From Spirochaetia bacterium (GTDB lineage Bacteria > Spirochaetota > Spirochaetia > SZUA-6 > Bin103), in contig CBDBDQ010000005.1 in the NCBI GenBank assembly GCA_965203905.1, positions 5,504,001 to 5,568,000 of the forward strand: a stretch of 64,000 nt of DNA, written 5' to 3'. The position numbers and the translations under genes are program-made. Below are positions 1 to 9,190 of the stretch, one piece after another; the first letter of the stretch is position 1; the number at the start of each line of letters is the position of its first letter. The notes under the pieces are model-generated. The model was not told where the DNA came from, ran no database searches, and was given only the letters and a program-made list of their open reading frames with translations.

Positions 1-39
1 CGGGGGCGCCTGCGACCGCCTGCTCCGGTCCGGCATTCC

Positions 40-708
40 TCATGGGGCGGCGTCCCGCGTCGGGATAGGCGGCTCGTCTCCGGCGGTGCTGAGCTGACCG
101 CTCACGGATCCATCCAGTACTATCCGGTCCTCGTCCAGGTCAATCAAGACGCGCGTGGCACGATATTCGTCGCCCTTCCACGTCACTACGGGCAGTCCGC
201 TCAGGGCGACGGTCTGCTCGCGCCGGTTGTAACGCACGAACTGGGCGCGCGCCACCAGGTTCTCGCTGAGGATCCGGACGCCGATCTGGATCAGCGTCTC
301 GTCGCGTTGCTCCCAGTGCTCCAGGAAGCCGCCCTTCATGACGATCTCGTTTTCATGGTCGATCAGCAGCGCCTCGCCCTGGATGATTACGCGACGGTTC
401 GTCCGGTCGAACAGCAGCGACTCGCTGGCAAGCTCGATGCCACGCTCGGCCTGGACCACCCGCACTCCACCATGGGAGAGGGCGAAGTTCAGGTCCTCAC
501 CGTACAGTTCGATCCGCTCGGCGGAGATCTCGAAGTCGTCGGTGATAAGGGAAACGTTGCCGGTCAGCACCGTGCGCTCGCGGCCCTCGGCCAGCACCGT
601 CTCCATGCGGTCCGCCGCGAACGAGAAGCGCTCCTCATCACTGGCCACCGGCGTGGCCGTCACCAACAGTGCCACCGCGCAGGCGCCGCACCGGATCACG
701 TGTCGCAT
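40..708 (-). CDS. lptA: LptA/OstA-family beta-jellyroll periplasmic protein (spirochaete type)
   Basis: Signal peptide (MRHVIRCGACAVALLVTATPVAS) followed by a beta-strand-rich body (FSFAADRM...LTGNVSL...ISAERIEL...LSGLPVV). ATG at 708 has a GGGAG SD. The stop overlaps an ATG (ATGA) of a gene that runs off the left edge. Confidence 0.8.
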   Translation of the reverse strand: MRHVIRCGACAVALLVTATPVASDEERFSFAADRMETVLAEGRERTVLTGNVSLITDDFEISAERIELYGEDLNFALSHGGVRVVQAERGIELASESLLFDRTNRRVIIQGEALLIDHENEIVMKGGFLEHWEQRDETLIQIGVRILSENLVARAQFVRYNRREQTVALSGLPVVTWKGDEYRATRVLIDLDEDRIVLDGSVSGQLSTAGDEPPIPTRDAAP

Positions 709-754
709 GAGTCTCCCGGGATGGGTGAGGTGCGACCGAGCGGCATTGGCACCT

Positions 755-763
755 AGCATAGCA
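755..763 (-). promoter_or_regulatory. Candidate extended -10 box (TGcTATGCT) for lptA
   Basis: TGnTAnnnT motif about 47 nt upstream of the ATG. No well-spaced -35 was found. Confidence 0.35.
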
Positions 764-1047
764 GAGAGCGTGGACCGGCAAGCAAGCGGCAGGGTGCAGA
801 GCACCGGTAACCGAGGCGGGCGGCCGCGTCCGCCCAGGTCGCCGAATCGGATGGCGCGCCCGGTAGCTGAGAAACGGGCGTGAGTCTGCTATTCTTCAAC
901 GCCGACCAATATAGTGGATATCCGATCCAGAGTGCTCGGCAGCGTTTGGCGGCTGCATGATGTCTCTCTCGGTAAGGCATACTGTCTCCTGAGAATCCAA
1001 GCAGACCAGTATCAAGCTGAGCCAGTATACGGCCCGAATGTTGCTCG

Positions 1048-4000
1048 ATGATGAAGTGTATGACCGCTTACGGAGTTGGAGTACTGCTGGTTGTCTTGGC
1101 GACCCTGTTGGCGGTGGTATCTCTGAGCACCTGTCAGCAGGCGGTGTTCCCGAAACCTCAGGGGAATCCCGGCCAACCAGTCGAACGACCCTCCGAGGAC
1201 GCGGACAGCGATCACCCGACTGTCTCGATCACGGATGCGAACGCGATGGAAAGTGCTGGTCACGTAAGTCTCGCAGTGACCCTCAGCAGTTCGAGCGTTA
1301 CCACCGTGACGGCGGGGTACGCGACGGAGAGCGGCACCGCCCGAGAGGGGGAAGACTTCGTGGCGACTAACGGCACGTTGACCTTCAGCCCGGGAAGTGT
1401 CGGACAGACCATTGCGATACCGATCCGACCAGACGACACCGACGAGGCCGACCGGGAGAGCTTTATGGTGCGGCTGGACAGCGTAGAAAACGCGACACTG
1501 GGAGATGCAGTGGCTACCGCAACCATCCTCGACGACGATTTGACGGTAGGTGTGGCGGTGGCCGCGCCTAGTACCGTGGTGGAAGGCGGTGTGGCAAGGT
1601 TCGCGGTCACGGTGACCGGAGGACGCAGCAGCTCGCCGGTGGAAGTCGTTTACCACGTGGCGGGTACCGCACATCCGGGAGCTGACTATGCGGCGCCGTC
1701 CGGGCGGCTGACTCTCGCCGCCGGAACCGCCACCGGTACGATCGCGATCCACACGGTCGCCGACGAGGTACTTGATCCAGGCGAAACAATACAGGTGAGG
1801 CTGCGGAGCGCAACTACGATGCCCGGTGCGGTAACCGTGAATCCTGCGAAGGCGCAAGCCAACGCTACCATTGCGGACCCCGGAATGGTGACGATAGCGG
1901 TGATGGCGGTTAGCCAAGCTGTGGAAGAGGGGGATGATGCGAAGTTTGGCGTGACCCTGACGAGTCCGGTTGCGTCCGCGGTTACGCTGCGATGGACGAC
2001 AGCGGACGGGACTGCCACGGCGGGCGCCGATTACGCCGCCGTGATTGAAGGCTTGGTGACATTCAGCCCGGGGAGCACTGCGCAGACGATCCTGGTGGCG
2101 ACCCTGCAAGACAATCTGGACGAGGCAGACGAGAGTTTTTCGGTCACGCTGCTGCAGCCGCACCTGGCGGAGGCTGTGACCTTGGGCACCGCGACAGCGA
2201 CGGTAGTGATCGCGGACGATGACCATCCTCCGCTGCTGAGGATAGCAGATGTCACGGTGGTAGAGGGGACTACGGCGCAGTTCGCAGTCACGCTCGGGGC
2301 GCCGAGCTCGCGCCGGGCGTCAGTGGCATATGCGACCTCCGACGGCACTGCGGAGCAACCTGCCGACTACGCGGCAGCGAGCAACGTACTGACCTTCGCG
2401 GCGGGAGAAACGGTAAAGACGATCGGCGTACTGACCAACAACGACGTATTGGACGAGCCCGATTGGGAGACCTTCGTGGTGACGCTGAGCGATCCTGTCC
2501 ACGTGACGCTATCCGGTGGCGCCAACACGCTTCAGGCGACAGGGACGGTCGTGGACGACGATGACCCGCCGGTGCTGCGGATAACCGACGCTACGGCGTC
2601 CGAAGGGGAGGAGGCGGAGTTCGTGGTGACGTTGGACGCGGCGAGTGCGCTGCCAGTGACGGTGGCGTATGCGACCGGCGACGGTACTGCACAGGCGCCA
2701 GCGGACTACACGGCAGTGTCACGCACCGAGCTGCCATTCGCGGGCGGAACCAGAACCAAGACCGTCACCGTTGCGACGATGGAGGACACCCGTCACGAGC
2801 CGCGGGAGACCTTCGTGGTGACGCTGAGCAATGCCGTGAACGCGACGCTGGCGGGCGGTGGGAGCACGCTGCAGGCGATGGGAACGATCATGGACAACGA
2901 CAAGCCGCCGGTGTTGCGGATCACGGACTCCACGGCGTCCGAAGGGGAGGCGGCAGAGTTCGTGGTAACGTTGGACGCGGCGAGCGCGCTGCCGGTGACG
3001 GTGGCGTATGCGACCTCGAGCGTGAGCGCGGAGCAGCCCGTCGACTACGCTGCGGCGAGCGGCAGCCTGACCTTGGCTGCCGGCGAAAGGTCGCAGACGA
3101 TCGCGGTGCTGACGCGAGACGATGGGTTGGACGAGGCTGACCGGGAGACCTTCGTGGTGACGCTGAGCAATGCCGTAAACGCGACGCTGGCGGGCGGTGG
3201 GAGCACGCTGCAGGCGATGGGAACGATCATGGACAACGACAAGCCGCCGGTGTTGCGGATCACGGACTCCACGGCGTCCGAAGGGGAGGCGGCAGAGTTC
3301 GTGGTAACGTTGGACGCGGCGAGCGCGCTGCCGGTGACGGTGGCGTATGCGACCTCGAGCGTGAGCGCGGAGCAGCCCGTCGACTACGCTGCGGCGAGCG
3401 GCAGCCTGACCTTGGCTGCCGGCGAAAGGTCGCAGACGATCGCGGTGCTGACGCGAGACGATGGGTTGGACGAGGCTGACCGGGAGACCTTCGTGGTGAC
3501 GCTGAGCAATGCCGTAAACGCGACGCTGGCGGGCGGTGGGAGCACGCTGCAGGCGATGGGAACGATCATGGACAACGACAAGCCGCCGGTGTTGCGGATC
3601 ACGGACTCCACGGCGTCCGAAGGGGAGGCGGCAGAGTTCGTGGTAACGTTGGACGCGGCGAGCGCGCTGCCGGTGACGGTGGCGTATGCGACCTCGAGCG
3701 TGAGCGCGGAGCAGCCCGTCGACTACGCTGCGGCGAGCGGCAGCCTGACCTTGGCTGCCGGCGAAAGGTCGCAGACGATCGCGGTGCTGACGCGAGACGA
3801 TGGGTTGGACGAGGCTGACCGGGAGACCTTCGTGGTGACGCTGAGCAATGCCGTAAACGCGACGCTGGCGGGCGGTGGGAGCACGCTGCAGGCGATGGGA
3901 ACGATCATGGACAACGACAAGCCGCCGGTGTTGCGGATCACGGACTCCACGGCGTCCGAAGGGGAGGCGGCAGAGTTCGTGGTAACGTTGGACGCGGCGA

Positions 4001-6150
4001 GCGCGCTGCCGGTGACGGTGGCGTATGCGACCTCGAGCGTGAGCGCGGAGCAGCCCGTCGACTACGCTGCGGCGAGCGGCAGCCTGACCTTGGCTGCCGG
4101 CGAAAGGTCGCAGACGATCGCGGTGCTGACGCGAGACGATGGGTTGGACGAGGCTGACCGGGAGACCTTCGTGGTGACGCTGAGCAATGCCGTAAACGCG
4201 ACGCTGGCGGGCGGTGGGAGCACGCTGCAGGCGATGGGAACGATCATGGACAACGACAAGCCGCCGGTGTTGCGGATCACGGACTCCACGGCGTCCGAAG
4301 GGGAGGCGGCAGAGTTCGTGGTAACGTTGGACGCGGCGAGCGCGCTGCCGGTGACGGTAGCGTATGCGACCGGTGACGGTACGGCGCGCGCGGGAGAGGA
4401 CTACACGCCCGTGCCGGGCGGGACGCTCACCTTCGCCGGGGACACGGAGCAGACGATCAGTGTAGCGACCACGCAGGATACCCGGAACGAGGACCGGGAG
4501 TCGTTCACGGTGATGCTGAGCAGCCCGTCGAACGCGACGCTGGTGGCAGGCGCAGCCACCGCGACGGGGACGATCATCGACGACGACGCCCTGCCGGTGC
4601 TGTCGTTGGCGGGTACCACGGTGAGCGAGGGACAGACGGCGGAGTTCGTGGTGACGTTGCGCCCGGCGAGCGGGAGGCCGGTGACGGTTGCCTATCGGAC
4701 GGCCGACGGCACGGCCCGGGCGGGACAGGACTACACGGCGGTGTCGCGCATGGCCCTGACCTTCGTGGCCGGCGCCACGCTTCAGACGATCAGAATAGCG
4801 ACGACCCAGGACACTCGGAACGAAGGCGACGAGAGGTTCACCGTGACGCTGAGCAGCCCGTCGAACGCGACGTTGACCGGAGGCGCAGCCACGGCAACCG
4901 GCGTGATCACGGACGACGATGACGGGGATGACCACGGCAATACCCGATCGGCGGCAACCGCCATCCAACCCGGGACTCCAATTTCGGGCCGGCTCGAGAC
5001 AGCGACCGACGTGGACTACTTCAAGGTGGCGGTGAGCGCCAGCAGTACGCTCGTTGCCGCTACCGATGCCGCAAAGGCGGCTGACCGGCAGCACCACGAG
5101 TACCGGGATACGGTCGTCAGAATCGAAGGCTTTGGATACTTCTCGTCGAATGCCGATTCCTTCGACACGGCCGAGATCACCGTCGGGGTGCCCGGCACCT
5201 ACGACATTTTCGTCCGCGTTACTGGTGCCCACGCGTCCCGATATGATCTTGCCGTCTGGCTGACCAATCCGGAAGCTCTTGATTCGTCGTTCGACATTGC
5301 GCTTCGCTTCCTCGGAACGGAGCCGACACCCGCCCAAAAACGTACCATACGTGCTGCGGCCCGGGTCTGGGAGCGTGTCATCACCCGCGGTCTCCCGGAT
5401 CGGCCCGTCGTATCCTCTGACGAGGCCTGCGAAGATAGCGATCCGTCGCTGTTTGGCGAGCTGATCGACGATTTGCTCATCAATGTCAGACTGCAGGCCA
5501 TCGACGGTCCCCGGGGAGTGCTGGCAGCGGCAGGACCCTGCTGGATACGTTCCACTGACGGTCTCCCATACCTCGGGGACGTGTTGTTCGACACCGCGGA
5601 TCTGGCATACCTGGAGTTGCATGACGCTCTCGGCGGCACGGTCGCTCACGAGTTCGCCCACGTACTGGGGTTTGGCCTGCTATGGGGAGATTCGCTCAAG
5701 GAACCGTCTCTCGGTCCCTCCGGCAACCGGATCGCGGGGCAGGACACGCACTTCGCCGGGCGGCAGGCGGTGGCCAATTTCAACGCTGCCGGCGGCGCCA
5801 CCTACGGCGGCGCCAAGGTACCGGTAGAGAACGACACCGCCGAATACGGCATCGGAGCGCTCGACGCGCATTGGCGCGAGTCGGTGTTCGGCGCCGAGTT
5901 GATGACCACTTCCGTGGTGATCGCGGATCCTGCCGAACCGCTCAGCGCCGTGACCATTGCCTCACTTGCCGACATCGGCTATGAGGTTGACTACTCACAA
6001 GCCCAGAGCTACCTGCTGCCGACCGCCTTGTCGTCGCGCAAAGCCGGGCCCGGCGCGATACGCCTCATTCAGCTCCACAACGACATTCGCAGGAAGCCGA
6101 TCAGGGTGGCCAATCCTCCCGAGCTGCCCAACCCCGTCGTCGTCCGCTGA
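1048..6150 (+). CDS. Large surface lipoprotein: 11 Calx-beta domains, a PPC-like domain and a C-terminal leishmanolysin-like (M8) zinc metallopeptidase
   Basis: Hydrophobic N-terminus ending in VSLSTC (lipobox-like). Repeated Calx-beta motifs (EG..A.F.VTL, Y.T.DGTA..DY, DE..E.F.V.LS, I.DDD). Segment DDHGNT..AT...GRLE...DVDYF. Protease motifs HEFAHVLG, HWRES and ELMT (Met-turn). Confidence 0.85.
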   Translation: MMKCMTAYGVGVLLVVLATLLAVVSLSTCQQAVFPKPQGNPGQPVERPSEDADSDHPTVSITDANAMESAGHVSLAVTLSSSSVTTVTAGYATESGTAREGEDFVATNGTLTFSPGSVGQTIAIPIRPDDTDEADRESFMVRLDSVENATLGDAVATATILDDDLTVGVAVAAPSTVVEGGVARFAVTVTGGRSSSPVEVVYHVAGTAHPGADYAAPSGRLTLAAGTATGTIAIHTVADEVLDPGETIQVRLRSATTMPGAVTVNPAKAQANATIADPGMVTIAVMAVSQAVEEGDDAKFGVTLTSPVASAVTLRWTTADGTATAGADYAAVIEGLVTFSPGSTAQTILVATLQDNLDEADESFSVTLLQPHLAEAVTLGTATATVVIADDDHPPLLRIADVTVVEGTTAQFAVTLGAPSSRRASVAYATSDGTAEQPADYAAASNVLTFAAGETVKTIGVLTNNDVLDEPDWETFVVTLSDPVHVTLSGGANTLQATGTVVDDDDPPVLRITDATASEGEEAEFVVTLDAASALPVTVAYATGDGTAQAPADYTAVSRTELPFAGGTRTKTVTVATMEDTRHEPRETFVVTLSNAVNATLAGGGSTLQAMGTIMDNDKPPVLRITDSTASEGEAAEFVVTLDAASALPVTVAYATSSVSAEQPVDYAAASGSLTLAAGERSQTIAVLTRDDGLDEADRETFVVTLSNAVNATLAGGGSTLQAMGTIMDNDKPPVLRITDSTASEGEAAEFVVTLDAASALPVTVAYATSSVSAEQPVDYAAASGSLTLAAGERSQTIAVLTRDDGLDEADRETFVVTLSNAVNATLAGGGSTLQAMGTIMDNDKPPVLRITDSTASEGEAAEFVVTLDAASALPVTVAYATSSVSAEQPVDYAAASGSLTLAAGERSQTIAVLTRDDGLDEADRETFVVTLSNAVNATLAGGGSTLQAMGTIMDNDKPPVLRITDSTASEGEAAEFVVTLDAASALPVTVAYATSSVSAEQPVDYAAASGSLTLAAGERSQTIAVLTRDDGLDEADRETFVVTLSNAVNATLAGGGSTLQAMGTIMDNDKPPVLRITDSTASEGEAAEFVVTLDAASALPVTVAYATGDGTARAGEDYTPVPGGTLTFAGDTEQTISVATTQDTRNEDRESFTVMLSSPSNATLVAGAATATGTIIDDDALPVLSLAGTTVSEGQTAEFVVTLRPASGRPVTVAYRTADGTARAGQDYTAVSRMALTFVAGATLQTIRIATTQDTRNEGDERFTVTLSSPSNATLTGGAATATGVITDDDDGDDHGNTRSAATAIQPGTPISGRLETATDVDYFKVAVSASSTLVAATDAAKAADRQHHEYRDTVVRIEGFGYFSSNADSFDTAEITVGVPGTYDIFVRVTGAHASRYDLAVWLTNPEALDSSFDIALRFLGTEPTPAQKRTIRAAARVWERVITRGLPDRPVVSSDEACEDSDPSLFGELIDDLLINVRLQAIDGPRGVLAAAGPCWIRSTDGLPYLGDVLFDTADLAYLELHDALGGTVAHEFAHVLGFGLLWGDSLKEPSLGPSGNRIAGQDTHFAGRQAVANFNAAGGATYGGAKVPVENDTAEYGIGALDAHWRESVFGAELMTTSVVIADPAEPLSAVTIASLADIGYEVDYSQAQSYLLPTALSSRKAGPGAIRLIQLHNDIRRKPIRVANPPELPNPVVVR
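2803..4371 (+). repeat. Tandem array of about 4.6 near-identical 339-bp (113-aa) Calx-beta units
   Basis: The unit start cgggagaccttcgtggtgacg recurs at 2803, 3142, 3481, 3820 and 4159 (period 339). The ORF track shows four identical 75-aa antisense ORFs with the same period. Confidence 0.95.
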
Positions 6151-6173
6151 GAGTCGTCAGGCGCAAGGCTTAC

Positions 6174-6827
6174 TCAGGCGCGATCTGCCGTCCAGCGGAC
6201 GCCGCGGCTGATCACGGTGCGGAAGGCGGGATGGTCGTGGGAGCCGGCGTCGTGGCCCAGGGCGAAGTAGAACACCCGCCCGGCGCCGTAACGGTGGTGG
6301 AGCGCCATGGCGTAGCTGGCGCCGGTGGTCGGGTCGTACGCCTCCATCAGCCGCTGCGAGCGCGCCGGGTCGTGGGCGAAGTAATGCAACTCGTCGTGCA
6401 CGGTGAACGCTTCCAGGGCGCGGGTGATGGGGTGCTCGCGGTCGGTGACGGTCACGGTGAACTCCATGTAGGGGCTGTGGCCGTCGAAGGTGCCGTTGAG
6501 CATCTCGTGGTAGCCGGCGTTGGCGCGGAACGAGGCGGAAGCGGTGTGCAGGCCGAAGAACCCGCCGCCGCCGCGGACGTAGGCCAGCAGGCCCGCCTCC
6601 TGCGCCGGGGTCAGGGCTCCCACGTCGGTGTAGAACAGGGTGGTGTGGAACCGCTCCAGGCCGCCGGCCAGGATTTCGTAGTCCTGCGACAGCTCCGCCT
6701 CCACGCCCGGCTCCGCGGCCAGCAGGTCGCGCAGCAGGCGGCCGGTGCCGGGGTGGTCGTGATAGACGCCCTCGGTGCCGACGAACACCAGCACCTTGAG
6801 CGGCCCGGCCCCGGCGGCGGCGGTCAC
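6174..6827 (-). CDS. ThuA-like (class I glutamine amidotransferase-like) domain protein
   Basis: Motifs YHDH, GGGFFGLHTAS, HPIT, DELHY and GAGRVFYFALGHD. GTG start overlaps the upstream stop (GTGA). Confidence 0.85.
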   Translation of the reverse strand: MTAAAGAGPLKVLVFVGTEGVYHDHPGTGRLLRDLLAAEPGVEAELSQDYEILAGGLERFHTTLFYTDVGALTPAQEAGLLAYVRGGGGFFGLHTASASFRANAGYHEMLNGTFDGHSPYMEFTVTVTDREHPITRALEAFTVHDELHYFAHDPARSQRLMEAYDPTTGASYAMALHHRYGAGRVFYFALGHDAGSHDHPAFRTVISRGVRWTADRA

Positions 6828-7591
6828 CCGCGGACTTCGTGGGAGCTGGCGGTGTAGACCACCGACTGGCCCGGCTCCAGGGGCACGACCGCGGTGCCGG
6901 GACTGAGGAGCTCGACCTGCCGGGAAAGCTCGGCGATGTCGGCGGGCTGCCCCAGGGCCTCGCCGTAGTGGCAGGGAATCACCAGGTCCGCGCGGATCAG
7001 GCTGGCCGCGCGCGCCCCCTCGCGCACGCCCATGGTGAACTTGCCGCCGACCGGGAGGATCGCCACCTGCGGCCGGTACATCTGGCTGATGAGCTGCATG
7101 TCGCTGAACAGGCAGGTGTCGCCGGAGTCGTACACGGTGATGCCGTTGTCGTAGGCCATCACGAAGCCGGCCACGGCGCCGCCGGTGTGGTAGAGCACGC
7201 CCTCGGGCAGCGGACGCGGCAGCACGTGGTCCGACAGCGAGTGCGAGTGGTGCGCCTGGGTCATGGTGATTTCCATGTCCTTTACGGTGACCGAACCGCC
7301 GGGATTCAGGTGGTGCAGCGCGTCCGCCGGCACACCGACCTGGGCCGCGACCTCGCACAGCTCGTAGTGGCCGACGAAGGCGGCCCCGGTGCGCTTGCAG
7401 ATCTCGTAGCTGTCGCCGATGTGGTCGGTATGGCCGTGGGTGCAGAGCACGACGTCCGCCCGGTCCACGTCGTCGCGGGTCAGCGTGGCGGTGGGATTGT
7501 CGTTCAGCCACGGGTCGAAGTAGCTCACGCTGCCGCCCGACTCGAAGCGGAACGAGGCGTGGCCGAGAAAGGTAATCGTCAATTCTGCCAT
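6824..7591 (-). CDS. Metallo-beta-lactamase-fold metal-dependent hydrolase (UPF0173-like)
   Basis: Motifs ITFLGHASF, DPW, THGHTDH (HxHxDH), DSGDT and IPCHY. AGGAGG SD before the ATG at 7591. Confidence 0.9.
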   Translation of the reverse strand: MAELTITFLGHASFRFESGGSVSYFDPWLNDNPTATLTRDDVDRADVVLCTHGHTDHIGDSYEICKRTGAAFVGHYELCEVAAQVGVPADALHHLNPGGSVTVKDMEITMTQAHHSHSLSDHVLPRPLPEGVLYHTGGAVAGFVMAYDNGITVYDSGDTCLFSDMQLISQMYRPQVAILPVGGKFTMGVREGARAASLIRADLVIPCHYGEALGQPADIAELSRQVELLSPGTAVVPLEPGQSVVYTASSHEVRG

Positions 7592-7622
7592 TGCTGGTGA
7601 TCCTCCTGTTCTGAAGATGTGT

Positions 7623-7985
7623 TCAATCGCGCTGAAACAGTTGCAGCAGGACGCCATCCGGGCCGCGGAAGAACGCCAGCCGCAGCCCCGGCAGGGGGTC
7701 GAACGGTTCCTTTTCCATGGCGACGCCCTGCTCCTTGAGTGCCGCCGCCGCCGCGTCCACGTCGGCCACCCGGAACGACAGGTGATGGAACCCCGGGGCC
7801 ACCCCCATCGCCGCCTGCGGCATCAGCTCCAGGGTGGTGGAGCCTGCCCGCAGCATCACGTAGTCCTCATCGGTGCCGCTGGGGATGCGTTCGGCCACTT
7901 CCAGCCCCAGCACCTCGGTGTAGAACCGCTCGGCCGCCGCGACGCTTTCCGCCACCACGGCCGCCTTGTGCAACTCGCCGATCAT
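7623..7985 (-). CDS. VOC/glyoxalase family protein
   Basis: Motifs LHKAAV, FYTEVLGL, LELM, HHLSFRVADVD and FFRGPDGVLLQL. Confidence 0.9.
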   Translation of the reverse strand: MIGELHKAAVVAESVAAAERFYTEVLGLEVAERIPSGTDEDYVMLRAGSTTLELMPQAAMGVAPGFHHLSFRVADVDAAAAALKEQGVAMEKEPFDPLPGLRLAFFRGPDGVLLQLFQRD

Positions 7986-8029
7986 GGGCGTTAGTCTATA
8001 TGATCGGAACCCGAGCGACGAGACGAAAG

Positions 8030-9190
8030 ATGACGATATCGGACATCGAGGTGATTCGATTCACGGTTCCGCGGGCCGTGTTTCACAACGGCGTGATAAG
8101 GCGGGAGGACACCGTCCAGACCCTCACTCGCATCGCCACCGACGCGGGAATGGAGGGCTGCTACTTTGGCGGCGGCGGGCACGGCGATCAGAGCGGCATG
8201 GACTGCGCCACCCGCGAATTGGTGAGCCACGGGCTCAAGGAGATGTTGCTGGGTCAGGATCCCTTCGACCGGGAGCGGTTGTGGCACTTCATGTGGACCC
8301 GCAACCTGCCCGAGCCCGCCATCAGCGTGATCGACAACGCCCTCTGGGACCTGGCGGGCCGGGCGCTGGGGATGCCGGTGTACAAGCTCCTCGGGGGCTG
8401 CCGCGACCGGGTGAAGGCGTATGCAAGCACCTACCCCAACATGGGGACTCCCGAGGAGTACGCCGCGCACGCGCTGGCGTGCAAGGAGCAGGGCTATACC
8501 CACTACAAGATCCACCCCTACTACTTCTGGGATCCGGTGACCGGGCGGGCCGAGCCGGGAGGCAGGCCGTCCCACGTGGCCCAGGACCTGGAGGCGTGCC
8601 GGCAGGTGCGCGCGGCGGTGGGACCGGAGATGGTGCTGAGCTTCGATCCGTGGGGCACTTATCGCACCCTGGAGGAAGCGCTGAAGGTCGGCCGCGAGCT
8701 GCAGCGGCTGGACTTCTACTGGTACGAGCAGCCGATGCTGGAGTACCGCGTGGCGGCATATGAACGGCTCACCCGCGAGCTGGAGATTCCGATCCTGGCG
8801 CCCGAGATCGCCGCCGGCAGCGTCTACAGCCGCGCCGACTGGATCCGGCGCGGCGCCTGCGACATGGTGCGCATCGACGTCCTTCGCGGCGGCATCACCG
8901 GCGCGCGCAAGACCGCCACGGTGGCGGAGGCGTTCGGCTTCAAATGCGAGATCCACATGGCCGGGTTCGGCAACCTGCAGGTGCTCGGCGCCACCAGCGA
9001 GGACACCTGCGAGTACTACGAGCGTGGCCTGCTGGCGCCGGGCATCGACTACGACGCACCCGAGCCCTACCTGGAGGCGAACTGCGATCCGCTGGATGCG
9101 GATGGCTGTGTCGCGGTACCGAGCGCTCCCGGGCTGGGCTACCGGATCGACTGGGACTACATCGACGCCCATCGGCTGGAGGAGCGATGA
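8030..9190 (+). CDS. Mandelate racemase/muconate lactonizing enzyme (enolase superfamily) dehydratase
   Basis: Motifs ISVIDNALWDLAGR..GMPVYKLLGG, YKIH, D/E/E metal ligands (FDP, YEQP, PEI) and a C-terminal PGLG. An alternative ATG lies at 8000. Confidence 0.9.
   Translation: MTISDIEVIRFTVPRAVFHNGVIRREDTVQTLTRIATDAGMEGCYFGGGGHGDQSGMDCATRELVSHGLKEMLLGQDPFDRERLWHFMWTRNLPEPAISVIDNALWDLAGRALGMPVYKLLGGCRDRVKAYASTYPNMGTPEEYAAHALACKEQGYTHYKIHPYYFWDPVTGRAEPGGRPSHVAQDLEACRQVRAAVGPEMVLSFDPWGTYRTLEEALKVGRELQRLDFYWYEQPMLEYRVAAYERLTRELEIPILAPEIAAGSVYSRADWIRRGACDMVRIDVLRGGITGARKTATVAEAFGFKCEIHMAGFGNLQVLGATSEDTCEYYERGLLAPGIDYDAPEPYLEANCDPLDADGCVAVPSAPGLGYRIDWDYIDAHRLEER

Noticed and set aside
860-1047. Lower-GC spacer upstream of the Calx-beta gene as an ncRNA
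   Set aside because: It contains only promoter-like hexamers and a short ccagtat direct repeat, with no recognisable RNA family features.
2803-4371. Regular repeats as a CRISPR array
   Set aside because: The units are 339 bp, in frame and contiguous, with no spacers, and no cas genes are present.
2719-5661. 980-aa minus-strand ORF, plus four identical 75-aa ORFs
   Set aside because: These are antisense shadows of the repetitive, GC-rich Calx-beta gene; they are Arg/His-rich with no recognisable motifs.
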